64,000 bases of DNA from Octopus vulgaris. Lineage: Eukaryota. Shown here one piece after another: positions 1 through 12,760 of the stretch; the stretch's first letter is position 1, and each line of letters starts with the position of its first letter. The stretch spans positions 60,450,001 to 60,514,000 of the forward strand of contig OX597824.1 in the NCBI GenBank assembly GCA_951406725.2, given 5' to 3'. Made by a program: the position numbers and the translations under genes. Under the pieces are notes generated by a model, which made no database searches, was not told the origin of the DNA, and saw only the letters and a list, made by a program, of their open reading frames with translations.

Positions 1-3000
1 TGTGGGAATGTATAGTTAGTTAGACAGGCACAGGGCTTTGATTTTGAGAGAGGATTAAGGGTAATTATAGTGACCACAGCACTTGAGTGGCACTTTTTAA
101 TGACCTTGGAAGTATGAAAGACAAAGTTGATTTCAGTAGGATTTGCACTGAAGGTATAAATGGTTGTAACTTAATAACAACTATAATAATAACACCGGTA
201 TTTTTATAAGTACCATATAGTAACAGTATATAAAATATTGGTAAAATGGGTTTATCATGTACGTACCTAACTCAGTTGTGATTGTGTCACTTCACTTATA
301 GTTTTGATACTACACCAAGTCTCCCGAAGACATAAAGAATAATCTCCTCTAATGTATATCATTACAATCTGATTGATTTTGTAATAATCAGATATTTGAT
401 CTAATTGGCAAGAATCTCTTGCATATTTTCTTCTGAATACACAAGTTATAAAGGTTGTGTGAAAGTTAATTAGTAAATCAGTGTTGTCTAGTGAAATATC
501 AATTAGAGCTACTAATATTTAACGATTAACCTTCAGCACACTTAGGGGCATCATGTTACCATACAACGTTTCTCTCCTGTAACTCAAGTGCACTGTGTTG
601 CATTGAGAGGGGAAAAAACTCGTACAGCGACATGATGTAGCAATAGCAATTTAAATGTTAGTGAGCATAGTGGGGAATAAGTGGCGTGGTGTTGGGGAAC
701 TGGGCATGAAATAGGGCTTTCAATTCCAAGTTTGGAGTCATGGTATTTCTCTTAGATCACTTAGTGTCCCTGAGAAAAGGAATGAATGATGAAATTTTCA
801 TGTAGATATATTGGATCAAATCAAAAATAATAAAACAGAAAACAGATTTAAAGTTGAATACAATTATTTATGAAATAAATAGGTTTAATTTAGTTATAAC
901 AAAAAATGGGAATATGTGGTATTCAATATTTCCTAAAAAGCCCATTTTAGGAACTGAAACCAGATGGTAGAACTCATTGCAGAAAAACCTGTAACAAAGT
1001 AGTGTTCAATATCCTTAGATAGACATGGGTTTCTAATGAAAAGAGAAATGTATGAAAAGAGAAATGTATTTTCCAAGGGCATTAGTGGTCACTGAAAATA
1101 TAAATACAAATGGCTCCAAATGGGAATTAAAACTGAGTCCATTTTGAAAAACTGGACAATGGTTATTTTATAATAATGATTTCTTACACAGATACAAGGC
1201 CTAGAGGCTAGGGTTATAATCTATGAATAACTGCACCCCTTCTCCCACCATATATGACTGTCACTTTATTAACATTGGAACAAACAAAAGCAAAGTCAAC
1301 TATTGTGGGATTTAAAATGAGAACTTGAAGGTGTACAACTAATTACCACAAGGTATTTGGTTTACTGATCTACTATTTTTGCCTCTCCCTAACTCTGATG
1401 ATGATGATGATGACGATGATGACTTGGTAAGGATGAAGCTTTGATGTCATGGCTAAAGAGAAGTAATAAGAAGTAGTGATGTGTATACCTTGCCAATGGG
1501 CATTAGTGACTTAAGTGAAATAGTTTTGACTGAGAAGTGAAACTGGATTAAGAAATTTACAGTTAAATTCACTACTGCACTACATTTGCCTTTACACAAC
1601 AACAACAATAATAACAACCACAAGAGCTTTTAAATTCTAAAATCCAATAATGCTTCATATTAATTGACAGGCAGCAGCTTTTCAACAAGTACAACATAAA
1701 ACAAATCTAACATTTTACTCCTGAAGCAAAAATATTCCCCTCCTGTCTATGACTACTCCATGCTGTTGCTAATATAAATAAGATGGTGAGTGTTTTCAAT
1801 TGCTATTGGTGCATAGTTTCGGGTGAATGACCAACAAATATGTCACATATTTAGTTGAGTAATCACTAGAAATTGAAACCGTTAAATAAAAAATAATGTT
1901 TAGATCAATTGACGGCAACATTATGTGCCATATTTTAGGAATATAGACTTTTCAAAATGTTGGTTTATATAACCAAGTACCATTTTGTATTCTTTCAATG
2001 ATATGTACAATATTTGACAGTTAGGGTGGCCAGTCTGTAAATATTTGCTGGCAAGACTATCCACCATGGGAATCTGGAATATCAAGAAACAGAATGTTTG
2101 GTGGTACTATCCAACTTTTGCAGAAGAAAATAGATAAAAATACTTTACATGGTGAGATATTTTGTCATGTCAATAAATATTATTAGACACTAAAATAAGC
2201 TGACATTTTGATGCTACTTTGTTTGCCATGACAACTTATAAATTTTAGGAGAGTAACACAGTTTAATGCATCTATCATAAGCATGATAGGTGAATAATAT
2301 GGCCACTTCATAGGTTAATAAATGCAGTTTACTCTTCAACAGTTTACCAATATTATTTCTATCTGAAGAAACAACTTTAGAATTAAAATGGAAAGAAACA
2401 AATTCAAATGAGAAACTCATTAAAAAAAAAACACCTCAATTCATGAATCTAATTTTGTTATTGGGTTTGTACAGAGAATATTAAACTGCAGCAATCACAG
2501 AGCGAGACTAGTCTTACTTTATGGTTAAACTGAATGGAACTAAAGAAAAGATTGATTCACATTTGATGAGAAGGAAGTAAATTTAATTAATTCAATATTG
2601 AAGAGAAGGAACTTGACCATAATAAATACAGATGTGTGGTTTTATATAAACTGTGTGACCAACACACTTCTAAGATGTCTCCTAAAGCAGTAATGACTTT
2701 AAGATGTCACATCTATTGAATTTGTTTCCCCTGTGTCTTCTTTTTCATTTTTTTTTCTTTTCTGAAAATGAAAATAATTTGTTTATTATTTCCATTCTAA
2801 TAAGTGAGAATAAAGCTGAAAGTCTTTTTAATAATTCTACTGTGAACGACAAATTGGTTGTATTGAGGTATTGTGATATAGTAGAATTTTGCACAGGTGA
2901 ACTACATAACAGGTAAACCATCTTGAATTTGTCAGTGAGGCAAACACTAGATGGCAATCTTAAAATATTAGAACTTCAAACCCATTCTCATTGAATTCTT

Positions 3001-3489
3001 TTCATCAGTAACAATGATTTATAATAAAGAAAGTTTGACTAGTAATATTCTCTCTAACATCTAACACTTGAGAGTATTGAGGTGAATGAGACAAAGGGTG
3101 GAAAGAGGAAATAAATAAGATGATATATAATATACAGCAGTAAAAACTAAAATAAAATAAATACTGATTGATGGAATGAAGAAAAGAAGAAGAAAAATCA
3201 ATATTCCAGACAAACCTTCTTCATCAAACAAAAACAAAAAAGAGAGAAAGAAAACTGATATAAATATATGATTAAATGAAAATTTTTATGAATTGACAAA
3301 ATCTGAATAGTAGAGAAGTATTTAATTACTAGTAACAGAGATGATAATGATGATGGTGATAATGATGATGGTGATAATGATGATGGTGATGATGATGACA
3401 GTGAATTAATTTTTGTGTCTGTAGTAAATGTGGAAACAAAATTAACATGAGTGTCTGATAGAAAAGATTCAGAAATACACATGCTTTAC

Positions 3490-4002
3490 TCAAGAATGTT
3501 TGTCGCAGTTCCTTGTAATTGTGTCTTGGAAGGTTTTATTCTCAGGGTTATTGATGACACTATGTAAAAATTTGAGTGTGTCCTGGTGTAATCTTTCTAT
3601 TTCTTTGTTCACTATCCGATTCTGTTTCAAGATATCAGCAGTCTTCATTGTTATATCCATCAGCCCTGACCGTTGCAGGGCACTAGCAGTTCGCAAAAAT
3701 CGCATTCTCTTGTCTGAAGGGCCACTACTTGACTCTGATAAATTACTCTGTTTGCTCTCAACACTGTTTATGTCAACCAGAGGGTCATTTGCATTGGACA
3801 AATTTTCTATTCTTTTGTCCATAGGCAAATCTTTTATATAGCCAGCGCTATGAGAACTATATCCAGATTCATTCCCAGATTCCTTCTCTGATAAAAGTGA
3901 GCATGCTCCTTCAGATATCGGTAAATATCCCTGGTCAGATAAGTTGTCATAGCACTTCTCTTTAGAACTAAACATTGAACTGGAGAGCGAAACTTCATTT
4001 TC
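3490..4002 (-). CDS. CIPC: CIPC-like gene, last coding exon (contains the CIPC coiled-coil domain and stop)
   Basis: Encodes KRMRFLRTASALQRSGLMDITMKTADILKQNRIVNKEIERLHQDTLKFLHSV (3556-3711), matching the conserved CIPC C-terminal domain as I recall it (RF..T...L..SGL..IT.KT..L...N......I..L). Acceptor ttcaacAG|GAAAAT at 4003/4002 is phase 0 and in frame with ORF 3490..3975. Confidence 0.88.
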   Translation of the reverse strand, partial: ENEVSLSSSMFSSKEKCYDNLSDQGYLPISEGACSLLSEKESGNESGYSSHSAGYIKDLPMDKRIENLSNANDPLVDINSVESKQSNLSESSSGPSDKRMRFLRTASALQRSGLMDITMKTADILKQNRIVNKEIERLHQDTLKFLHSVINNPENKTFQDTITRNCDKHS

Positions 4003-4919
4003 CTGTTGAATTAGAAACAGTGAAACATTAAAATTGGTGATTAAAAGTGGTCATGTAACAGAACAAATAAAACAAATCAGCATTGTTAGAATACAGAATT
4101 ACAGGAGAGAAAAACATATGTCAGATACATTATATTGGTATATTAACAATCTTCTTAAATCCCAGCTCGCAATTGGAGAGGGAAGCTGTCCTTTCAACCT
4201 ATACACTGCTGTGGGTGCAACTGGATGATAGAATTTGGTGATGATGTTAGTCTGTTAGTATCCTGACGATTTCTTGCTTGGTTTCCCCAGTTTCCTGGTT
4301 CATGCTGTCCTGGCATGGAAACTACCCTCCTCCTTTTGCAGTCAGGCTTGGGACTGTCTTTAGCAGAGCTACATTAACAATAGGAAGAATAAGGCCAAAG
4401 ACAGAGAATCACTGTCATAACGATCATAGAGAGGGGGACTATAGCTAAGACACTAACCAAATTAAAAGTTGAAGAATGTCCTGAAGTGAACAAAAGTTTT
4501 TAATTGATTTTAGGCTGAAACCTGAAATATGTTGGAACACAAATGATATTGTATGACATTTATGTTTTTCTATAGGACATTATCAATAGAAGTAAAAAAA
4601 ATGGCTTTAGTTTCAGAGTAAAACCATTTTATATAATTAGTTCAGATCTATTCTGCACATCTGACCACATCATCCACCATTTGTTGGTGACTCCTCACTA
4701 CTCCTGGTGGATGATGCTTCTGCTCTACTCAGGCAACAACCCTCCACCCCATGGATCTGTTTGATGCAGGTTTTGTGAGGTCAACGTGCAAATCCTATCT
4801 CAACCTCTTTTAGTCACTTTTTATAATAGACAGAGGAAACATTGGGTGTATTCTTTGGCATACAGCTCATGAGCTGAAACTAGATAAAATAAAATAAATA
4901 CTAGTCCCTACACAGCACC

Positions 4920-5270
4920 AGAGCAACATGAAATGAAGCATTTAGCATAAGAACACAACACACTGCCTGGTCTGGAAATCGAACCATGATCTGACAATTG
5001 TGAGTGCAATGCTTAAACCACTAGGCCATATACCTTTACAAAAAGATAAAGAGCCTACCTGAGTCATAAGGCTGGTTTCCCAGTCTCCATGGCACATATA
5101 TTCCTCCCTGGATGGGATGCTAGTCTCTTGCAGAATTACTCATTTTTGCTAGCTGAATGAGCTGAAGCAACATGAAATGAAGTGTTTAGCTCAAGAACAC
5201 AACACATCACCCAGTCCTGGAACTGAAACCACAATCTTACAATGAAATGTCCAACACTTTAACCACTAAG
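4920..5270 (-). mobile_element. Two tandem partial tRNA-derived SINE copies (related copy at about 16500-16630)
   Basis: Repeated aacatgaaatgaag...caagaacacaacac...aaccacta. The reverse strand has A-box tagtggtta and B-box ggttcgattt. Confidence 0.6.
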
Positions 5271-5496
5271 TACTCATATCTTTTCTATACACTACATAAG
5301 AGATTTCAACTGTTTCTCAATTAGGCACAAGGCCAGAAAATCTGAGAAGGGTGCTTGTCAATACCATCAACACTAGAAATAGATAGTTACTTCATTTTAT
5401 CAACCCTGGAAGGAATGGTCATTGTTGACCTCAAGTGGATTTGAACACATAACATAAAAATTCAGAATAAAAACTGCAAGACCATACTGACACTCA

Positions 5497-5650
5497 AGTG
5501 GCTGCGAGGTTAGAAGTTTACTTCCCAACCACATGGTTCCAGGTTCACTCCCACTGCATGACACCTTGGGAAAGTGTCTTCTGCTCTAGACTCAGGCTGA
5601 CCAAATCCTTATGAGTGGATCTGGTAAACAGAAACTGACAGAAGCTCATC
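5497..5650 (+). mobile_element. SINE family A, 5' part; the 3' part lies at about 6750-6895 beyond a Helitron
   Basis: cttcccaaccacatggttccaggttc...cttgggaaagtgtcttct head, homologous to the full copy at 52925-53295. Confidence 0.75.
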
Positions 5651-5655
5651 ACATA

Positions 5656-6723
5656 TCTACTACAAATGTGGAAAATCTGTGTGTGTGTGTTTGTAGCGTT
5701 GTTAGCTAACTCCTCCTACATCATTTTATTGATTTCGATGAAACTTGACACGTGAGTAGAACTCATGTCTGGAAACCTTGTGACATACTTAGATTGTTGA
5801 AAAAAATCGATAATACAGCCCCTGGAAGGGACCTTTATATCTACTTCATATAACTAACTTTTTAAACACTCAAGGGAAATAACCCACTTCATTGTTTATG
5901 TTTGATTACTTTGAATATTGATTTTTTTGTGTGAGTCCTATTTCTAATTTTTGCAAACAATATCACTTTTATACTTTATTTAACACGTGAGTAGAACTCA
6001 TGTCTGGAAACCTCGTGACATACTTAGATTGTTGTAAAAAATCGATATCACCCTTCCAATGGATCCTTCTATCTACTACATTTTACTAATATTTTATTTA
6101 AACAACCCAAGGGAAATAACCCATATCACCTGCAGATTTTAGTGAAGCCAACCTAATTCTGAGTTTCCTTACTCACAGTTTCGAACTGCTAAACATTATT
6201 ATTGCACTTCCTTAATTTGAATCTTAAACCTTAAAGTCTTCATTCATACATTTCTATACATATATACGTTTTTGAATGCCCATTACTCTGATAATTCTGC
6301 ATTTTTACAGTTACACTTTTTCCATGACAGTAGATAAATTTTTTATTCCACAATGTATTTGTAGTGGTTTCATGCATGCATAGCATGGATTCGATCTTCA
6401 ATTGCCAAATTTCACTTAACACTTCAACAGCACATTTTTCACGGTAAAACAATAGTTTTTCTGTGAATGACAGCAGTTATACATTTCCTAGATGCCTTCG
6501 CAAAGTAGAATAATGTCTTTGCCTCTCGCCAACCACCGACAGTCTTTCTTGCCAGCCTCCGAAAACCTCTCTCGCCAACCTCCAACAATTTTTCCTTCCT
6601 CCAGCTGACAGTTTTTTGTACTTTTACGTGACTGAAATAATGAAATTGCTTTCTCATATCAGAGTAATAAGGTGTTTCAATAGAACATCTTTACCCCCGG
6701 AAATTACCAGGTACACCAGCTAG
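5656..6723 (+). mobile_element. Non-autonomous Helitron with internal duplication
   Basis: A|TC 5' end, imperfect subterminal hairpin ccggaaattaccagg and CTAG|T 3' end. About 140 bp duplicated (from about 5748 and 5983). Ends shared with 17718-18582. Confidence 0.75.
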
Positions 6724-7416
6724 TATATGCATATATATATGTATATATCTATGTGTGTGTGTGTTTGTGTTTGTCCTACACTAATGCTTGACAACAGTGT
6801 TGGTGTGTTTACATCCCTGTAACTTAGTGCTTCCACAAAAGAGACTGATAGAATATGTAGGAGATTTAAAAAGAAAATAAGTACTGGGGTTATTTCAGAG
6901 GGCCAACTTTGTCACATTCTGTGTCACACAGAATCTCTTTGAGAACTACATTAAGGGTACACATGTCTGTGGATTGCTCAAGCACTTGTATGTTAATTTC
7001 ATGAGCAGGCCATTCTGTTGATCAGATCAACTGGAACCCTTGTCGTCATAACCAATGGAGTGCCAGTGAGTATGTACAAAAAATGTACATTATTGATTAA
7101 CAAAAAAAAAAAAAAAGATTTTCACAATACTATGTTCCACTAAAAAGTAAAAGAAAAAGAAATTTCAGATTCCAAACCTCACTGTATGCCCCATCAGTGG
7201 GAATCACTGTTTTACACAATGTCAGGATGAAAAAAAGTATTGAAGGTGCTAAGAATACTTTTTTTCATCATAAAAATCTCTTTGAGAAGTTTGTATGAGA
7301 CAAACATTACAGTTAGTGTTATTCTATGTTTGTTAAACACACAATACATGTTATTACAATACATTGTAATTTTAATCCAAGGCTGTTGTAAGTATGCATA
7401 TTAATTTATTACTTAC

Positions 7417-7475
7417 AGATATTATTCCATCATTCTGTGACTTTTTTGATTCCTTCTCACAATTATCGGTTTTTC
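7417..7475 (-). CDS. CIPC: CIPC-like gene, coding exon 3 (59 nt; GKTDNCEKESKKSQNDGIIS)
   Basis: Polypyrimidine tract with ttacAG acceptor and TCT|GTAAGT donor. Enters phase 1 and exits phase 0, joining the flanking exons exactly. Confidence 0.8.
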
Positions 7476-7779
7476 CTGTAAGAAGCAAAAGGAAAACAAA
7501 CCATTTGGCAAAAAATACACAGAAAATTGACTAGAAACAGACATTGGCTTGTAAGTTAATGGAATATGGAAGAGTAATAATAATAAATTATTATCAATAG
7601 TTGCAGAGATATTTGTGTAATTTATCATTTTATTACTTCCTATGCTATTCTAGTCCACTGCATACCAGTAATATCTGTAGTTATATGTCAATGTAAATGT
7701 GTGTGTATATATGTGTATGTGTGTAGCAGCACATATTTATATAATATATATACCACAAAATACATATGTATATATACAT

Positions 7780-7830
<51 letters not shown>

Positions 7831-7866
7831 CATATATATATAATATATATATATACATATATACAT

Positions 7867-7909
<43 letters not shown>

Positions 7910-8048
7910 CACCCACCCACACACATATATGTATATACAGATATATGCATATAAACATATATGCAGACTGTGTGATGCCACTGCCATAAGAACCAGATTA
8001 TATATATATATATCAAATGGTAAAATGTAAAGGTGCTCCTCAACTTAC

Positions 8049-8171
8049 CAACAAATGCAGACTGTGTGATGCCACTGCCACAAGAACCGGATGAAGAACG
8101 GTCAGGTCCCAGGCTGTATTTTAATCGTGTTCGCCGAGTTTTGTGTGGTTTATACTGGTTTACTGGAGGAA
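8049..8171 (-). CDS. CIPC: CIPC-like gene, coding exon 2 (123 nt; IPPVNQYKPHKTRRTRLKYSLGPDRSSSGSCGSGITQSAFV)
   Basis: ttttgccttgtAG acceptor and TTG|GTAAGT donor. Phase 1-1, open frame, complex sequence between two microsatellites. Confidence 0.8.
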
Positions 8172-8252
8172 CTACAAGGCAAAAACAAAATATGGTTGAT
8201 GTTTTTAGAAACAACAACAAAAACAACAACTACTACTACTACTACAACTACA

Positions 8253-8283
<31 letters not shown>

Positions 8284-8307
8284 ATAATAATAATAATATT
8301 AATAATA

Positions 8308-8955
8308 AGCCTTTCTGTTATAGGCACAAGGCCTGAATTTGAGTGGGGGTAAGTCAATTATATCGAACCCAGTACTCAACTGGTACTTATTTTATTGACT
8401 CCAAAAGGATGAAAGGCAAAGTCAACTTAGGTGGAATTTGAATATAAAGACAGATGAAATGCTGCTAAGCATTTTGCCTGGCATGCTAATGATTCTGCCA
8501 TCTTGCCACCTTAACAATGGTTTCAAAGTTTGGCACAAGGCTAGCAATCTTGGGGGAAGAAGTAAGTCGACTGCATTGACCCCAGTACTCAACTGGTTCT
8601 TACTTTAATGAACTTGGAAGGATGAAAGGCAAAGTCGACCTCAACAGAATTTGAACTCAGAATGTGAAGAGGGATGAAATGAAATAATAATAAAAATAAT
8701 AATAATAATCATAATAATAATAATAACAATAATAACAGTAATAATAATAATAATCATCCTTTCTACTAAAGGCACAATGCCTCAAATTTTGGAGGAGGTG
8801 ACTAGTTGATTACATCAACCCCAGTGTTTCACTGGTATTTAATTTAACGACCCTCAAATGATGAAGAAAGGCAAGAGCGACATCGGTGGAATTTGAATTC
8901 AGAATGTCTTTAAAATGAACGAACTGCCGCTAAGTATTTAGTCCAGCATGCTAAC
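8308..8955 (-). mobile_element. Three tandem copies of tRNA-derived SINE family B in (TAA)n
   Basis: Repeated ggcacaagg...cccagtactcaactggt...gatgaaaggcaaagtc...aatttgaa. Reverse complement of the copies at 21908 and 22777. Confidence 0.8.
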
Positions 8956-8982
8956 AATTAACAAGGATAATAATAATAATAA

Positions 8983-9934
8983 GGAAACATTGCTAGTGAT
9001 AGTTAGGAATGAGGGAGTATTAAGAGCAGAGTAAAAAGGGAAAACAAAGGAAGGAGTACAAAAAGGACATGAAGAAGAATTACGCAAGAAGGGACTATAC
9101 AATCAATTCCATGTAGCCACAGCAGAAGTTGCTTGAAAAAATAGGTGGGATTGGCAGATGAAAGGAACACTTAAAAAGGAGACTGAGAGCCCTATACTTG
9201 CAGTGCAAGACTAAACTCTGGCCACAAACTGGGGGGTCAACCTGAGGAATGAACAAGTGTCTCTGCTGAGCTGCATCTGCAATAGAGTGTATGAAACCAT
9301 TGCCCATAGCATGAATGAATGTCCTTAGACCTGCTCAAAACCACTACAAGCTGTGGCGACATGACTAGGTAGCAAAAGTGCTGTATTGGAAATTGTGAAA
9401 AAAGTGGGGGCTAGAGAGAGGCAAGACGTGGTATGAGCACAAACCGCAGAGAGTGACAGAGTCGGAGACTAGCAAAATCATCTGGGATTTTCCAATCCAA
9501 ACAGATCAGGTGCTAAAGCATAACAGACTGGACATAGTGGTGGTGAACAAGGTGCACCACATATGCTATACAGTTGATGTTGCATGCCCCTTTGATCCAC
9601 AAATAGTCAAGAAAGAAGGTAAAAAGGTAAATAGATACAACCCTCTTAAGTATGAAATAGCCTGGCTATGGAAAATGAAGAAGGTGAAGATAGTACCAAT
9701 TATTGTTAGGTCTTTGGGAACAGTATCAGAAGGCATTAAGAGCAATATAAAGGACATTGAAATAGAGTGCCCAGTAGAACTGTTACAAAAGGTTTGTCTC
9801 CTTGGCATGGCCAGAATAATTTGTAAAGTATTAGATAGCTGAAAAGAACGAATAGCATGGTACCATAGGCTGCAGGTAGTAAGCCCAATATACATGCAAG
9901 ACTCCAGGAGTTCCAACAAAACTTGTGATAAAGA
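8983..9934 (-). other. Antisense ORFs over the R4/Dong-like LINE (not genes; see + strand call)
   Basis: Minus-strand ORFs 9095-9307 and 9566-10096 are shadows of the LINE and of the adjacent microsatellite. Confidence 0.3.
8983..9934 (+). mobile_element. 5'-truncated R4/Dong-like non-LTR retrotransposon (restriction-like endonuclease domain), decayed
   Basis: KIIWDFPIQTD..HNRLDIVVV..VDVACPFD..KY..IVPIIV.SLG..LLQKVCLLG, preceded by a CCHC remnant. Flanked by (TAA)n and (GAT)n/(TAA)n. Confidence 0.85.
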
Positions 9935-9982
9935 GATGATGATGATGATGATGATGATGTTGATGACGACGACGACGACGAC

Positions 9983-10056
<74 letters not shown>
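9935..10056. repeat. Compound (GAT)n(GAC)n(TAA)n microsatellite
   Basis: Read directly. Other large compound microsatellites lie at about 7700-8012, 8211-8308, 35530-35700, 46895-47115, 48170-48320 and 50645-50820. Confidence 0.95.
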
Positions 10057-12760
10057 GTGAAACAAACCAGCTAACCATAGCTGCTGCTAATGTCATAGCT
10101 AACGTAGTAGGCTACAAGCAAAAAACTGAAGATAATGGAAAGAAAGAAACAAACTGGAGGAAGAGAATACAAATGAAGCTGGAAAACACATGGAAAGAAC
10201 TGGAGCAATAGAATAGGATAATAGAAGGAGAGCTCAAGAATAAGTTAGTAATCAGAAAATTGATGGACAAGAAAGAGGAAATCAAATAGTACATGAATTG
10301 AAACAAAAGATGACAACATTAAAGGCCAAATTGAGAAGATATGATGCTAGATGCAAAGGTTTCGAGCAGAATAGACTGTTCCAATCAAATAGAAGGTGTC
10401 TATTTGAGGAAACAGAGAGCAGCCAACACCAGGAACTGATTCCAGATGTGGAAGAAAGTAAAGAATTTTGGGGAAGGCTGGGGAACAGGTCTGCAAGGCA
10501 TAAAGAAAGAGCGGAGTGACTAACAAAAGTAGAAAGACAACTTGCAACTGTACTAAGACAAAGGATGTTAGAATTAATCTATATACAGTGAGACAGAAGT
10601 TAACAAAATAGCAAATTGGAAAGGACCAGGCTCAAGTGTAGTACAAAGCTATTGGTTGAAGAACTTTACACAGTTGCATGAAAGGAGTGCTACACAACTG
10701 GATGACTGCCTGCAGCAAGGTTACATCCCTGCCTAGATGACAAGTGGGTGAATGCTGTTATGCCTCAAGGATCTCTTGAAGGGGAACTCAGCATTAAATA
10801 TTTGACCTATGAACTGTTTACCACTAATGTAGAAGCTTATGACTGTAGTCTTGTTAGAAGAGTTATACAATCATCTGGAAAGTAATAATATACTTCCAGA
10901 AGAACAGAAAGGATGCAGAAAACAAAGTAGGGTAACAAAATATCACTTATTAGTTGATAAAATGACAATTAGAAATTGTAGATGCAGATTGATGGGACTG
11001 AATGTAGCATGGCTAGATTACAAAAAAGCATATGACATGGTAACACAGTTGGGTAAGTAAAACAATGAGCATGTTTTGAATAGCAAAAAACATGGAGAAA
11101 ATGCTTAATGAAAGTATGTAACATTGGAATACTGAACTGATCAGAGGAAAACAAAAACTTGGAAAAGCGAACATCAGACATAAAATATTCTAAGGTGATA
11201 GCTTATCTCCATTACTATTTGTATTGGCCATGACACTGACAACTGTGATACTACAAAAAGTTAAATTGCTTATGGTTTAGGAAAAGGAAATGATCAGATA
11301 AATCATCTCTTTTTTGGGGATGATATAAAGGTTTATGCAAAAAATGAGAAACAACTTGAAAGTCTTGCACATACTATCCACATTTTTTCAAATAATGTGG
11401 GTATAGAATTTGGGATAGCAAAGTGCACTATATTGAAAATGAAATGAGGAAGATTTGAAAGAAGCCAGGGAACTGAAATGCTAAATGGGCAAACAATGAG
11501 AGTGGTTGAGAAAGGACAGTGTACTTGGGAATACTGGAAGCAGACGAGATAAAACAAAAATGAAGAAATGAAACAAATTACCAGTAGGGAGTACACAAGG
11601 AGAGTCAGAAAATTTTTGCAGTCAAAGCAGAATTCAAAAAAATCTTATTGAAGCAATGAATTCAAGAGCAGTACCCTTAATCAGATATGGAGTTGGAAAT
11701 ATAGACTGGACCAGAAATGATATAAAGAAACTTAAAAGAAAAATTAGGAAGTTGTTGATGTTGTATTGAGCCAACCATCCAAAAGCTGATATCAACTGGC
11801 TATACTTGAGGAGAGACCAGGATAGCTGAGGCTTAATAATAGTAGAAGAAATGGAAAGAAAAAGTCTAGTAGAATCTTTACAGAGCAGCACACAAAATCT
11901 ACTAAAGACAGTTAATAAAGAACAGGTAGTGAAGTGCATAATAGGAGAAAAGTACAAGAATGAAATACAAAGAGAGTATGTCAGACAGATTGAAGAGAAA
12001 CCACTGCATGGCCAATTTTGGAGAGCCACTGAAGACATATGTGGAACAAAATCCTGAGCTGGTTAAAAAAGAGGCAATTAAAAAAGAAGAAACAGAGAGT
12101 CTAATTGTAGCAGCCCAAGATCAAGCAATAAAAACAAACAACTTGAGAAAAAATATATATGGAGAGAATGTGTCAGAAAAATGTAGAGCTTGTGGAACTT
12201 GGAATAAGACAGTGGCACACATTGTGGAAGAATATAAGAAATGGAGGCATCACTAGAATGTAAAAGTTTTATACTGGAAATTGTGTCAGAAATGTGGATT
12301 TGAAGCTGGAAACATATGGTACAATCATTGAGCTGAAAGAGTACTGGAGTTGGAGAAATGTAAGATTTTGTGGGACTTTCCTATTCAAACAGACAAGAAG
12401 TTAGAAAATAATAGACCAGATCTGATTCCAAGAGCGTAAAGAAAGAGGAAGGAAAACAGAAAAAACAAAAAAATACCATCTCTAGGAAGAATTTGGAGCA
12501 TGTGAATAGTAAAGGTCATAACTAAAATAATTGGTTTGTTGGGAATAGTAAGCGAAGATATAAACAAATGGCTGAAGGAGATTGAAATAGAATGCCCAGT
12601 AGAGCTCCTACAGAAAGTTTGCCTCTTTGGGACAGCAAGGATTATCAGGAGGGTGCTAAGCACTTGAAAGATTGTTGAAAACTTGTGGTTACAGGTAGTA
12701 ACCACTATCCACATAATTCCTACCACAAATAAGACTGAACATGAGCCAAATCAAAGGAAT
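10057..12760 (+). mobile_element. Longer decayed R4/Dong-like retrotransposon (RT, zinc knuckle, RLE)
   Basis: EEQKGCRK..LLVDK..AWLDYKKAYDMV, GDSLSPLLF, INHLFFGDDIKVY, ETESLIVAAQDQAIKT..CRACG..TVAHIV, KILWDFPIQTD. Many stops and frameshifts. Begins after (TAA)n and ends in aataataat. Confidence 0.88.

Noticed and set aside
3198-3482. 94-aa ORF directly after the CIPC stop
   Set aside because: Low-complexity (TCA)n-derived 3' UTR sequence with no recognisable domain.
3500-3841. 113-aa + strand ORF
   Set aside because: Antisense shadow of the CIPC exon.
7681-8030. Many ORFs rich in YI/CV/HT/MYVC here and throughout the window
   Set aside because: Translations of (TA)n, (CA)n and (TACA)n microsatellites.
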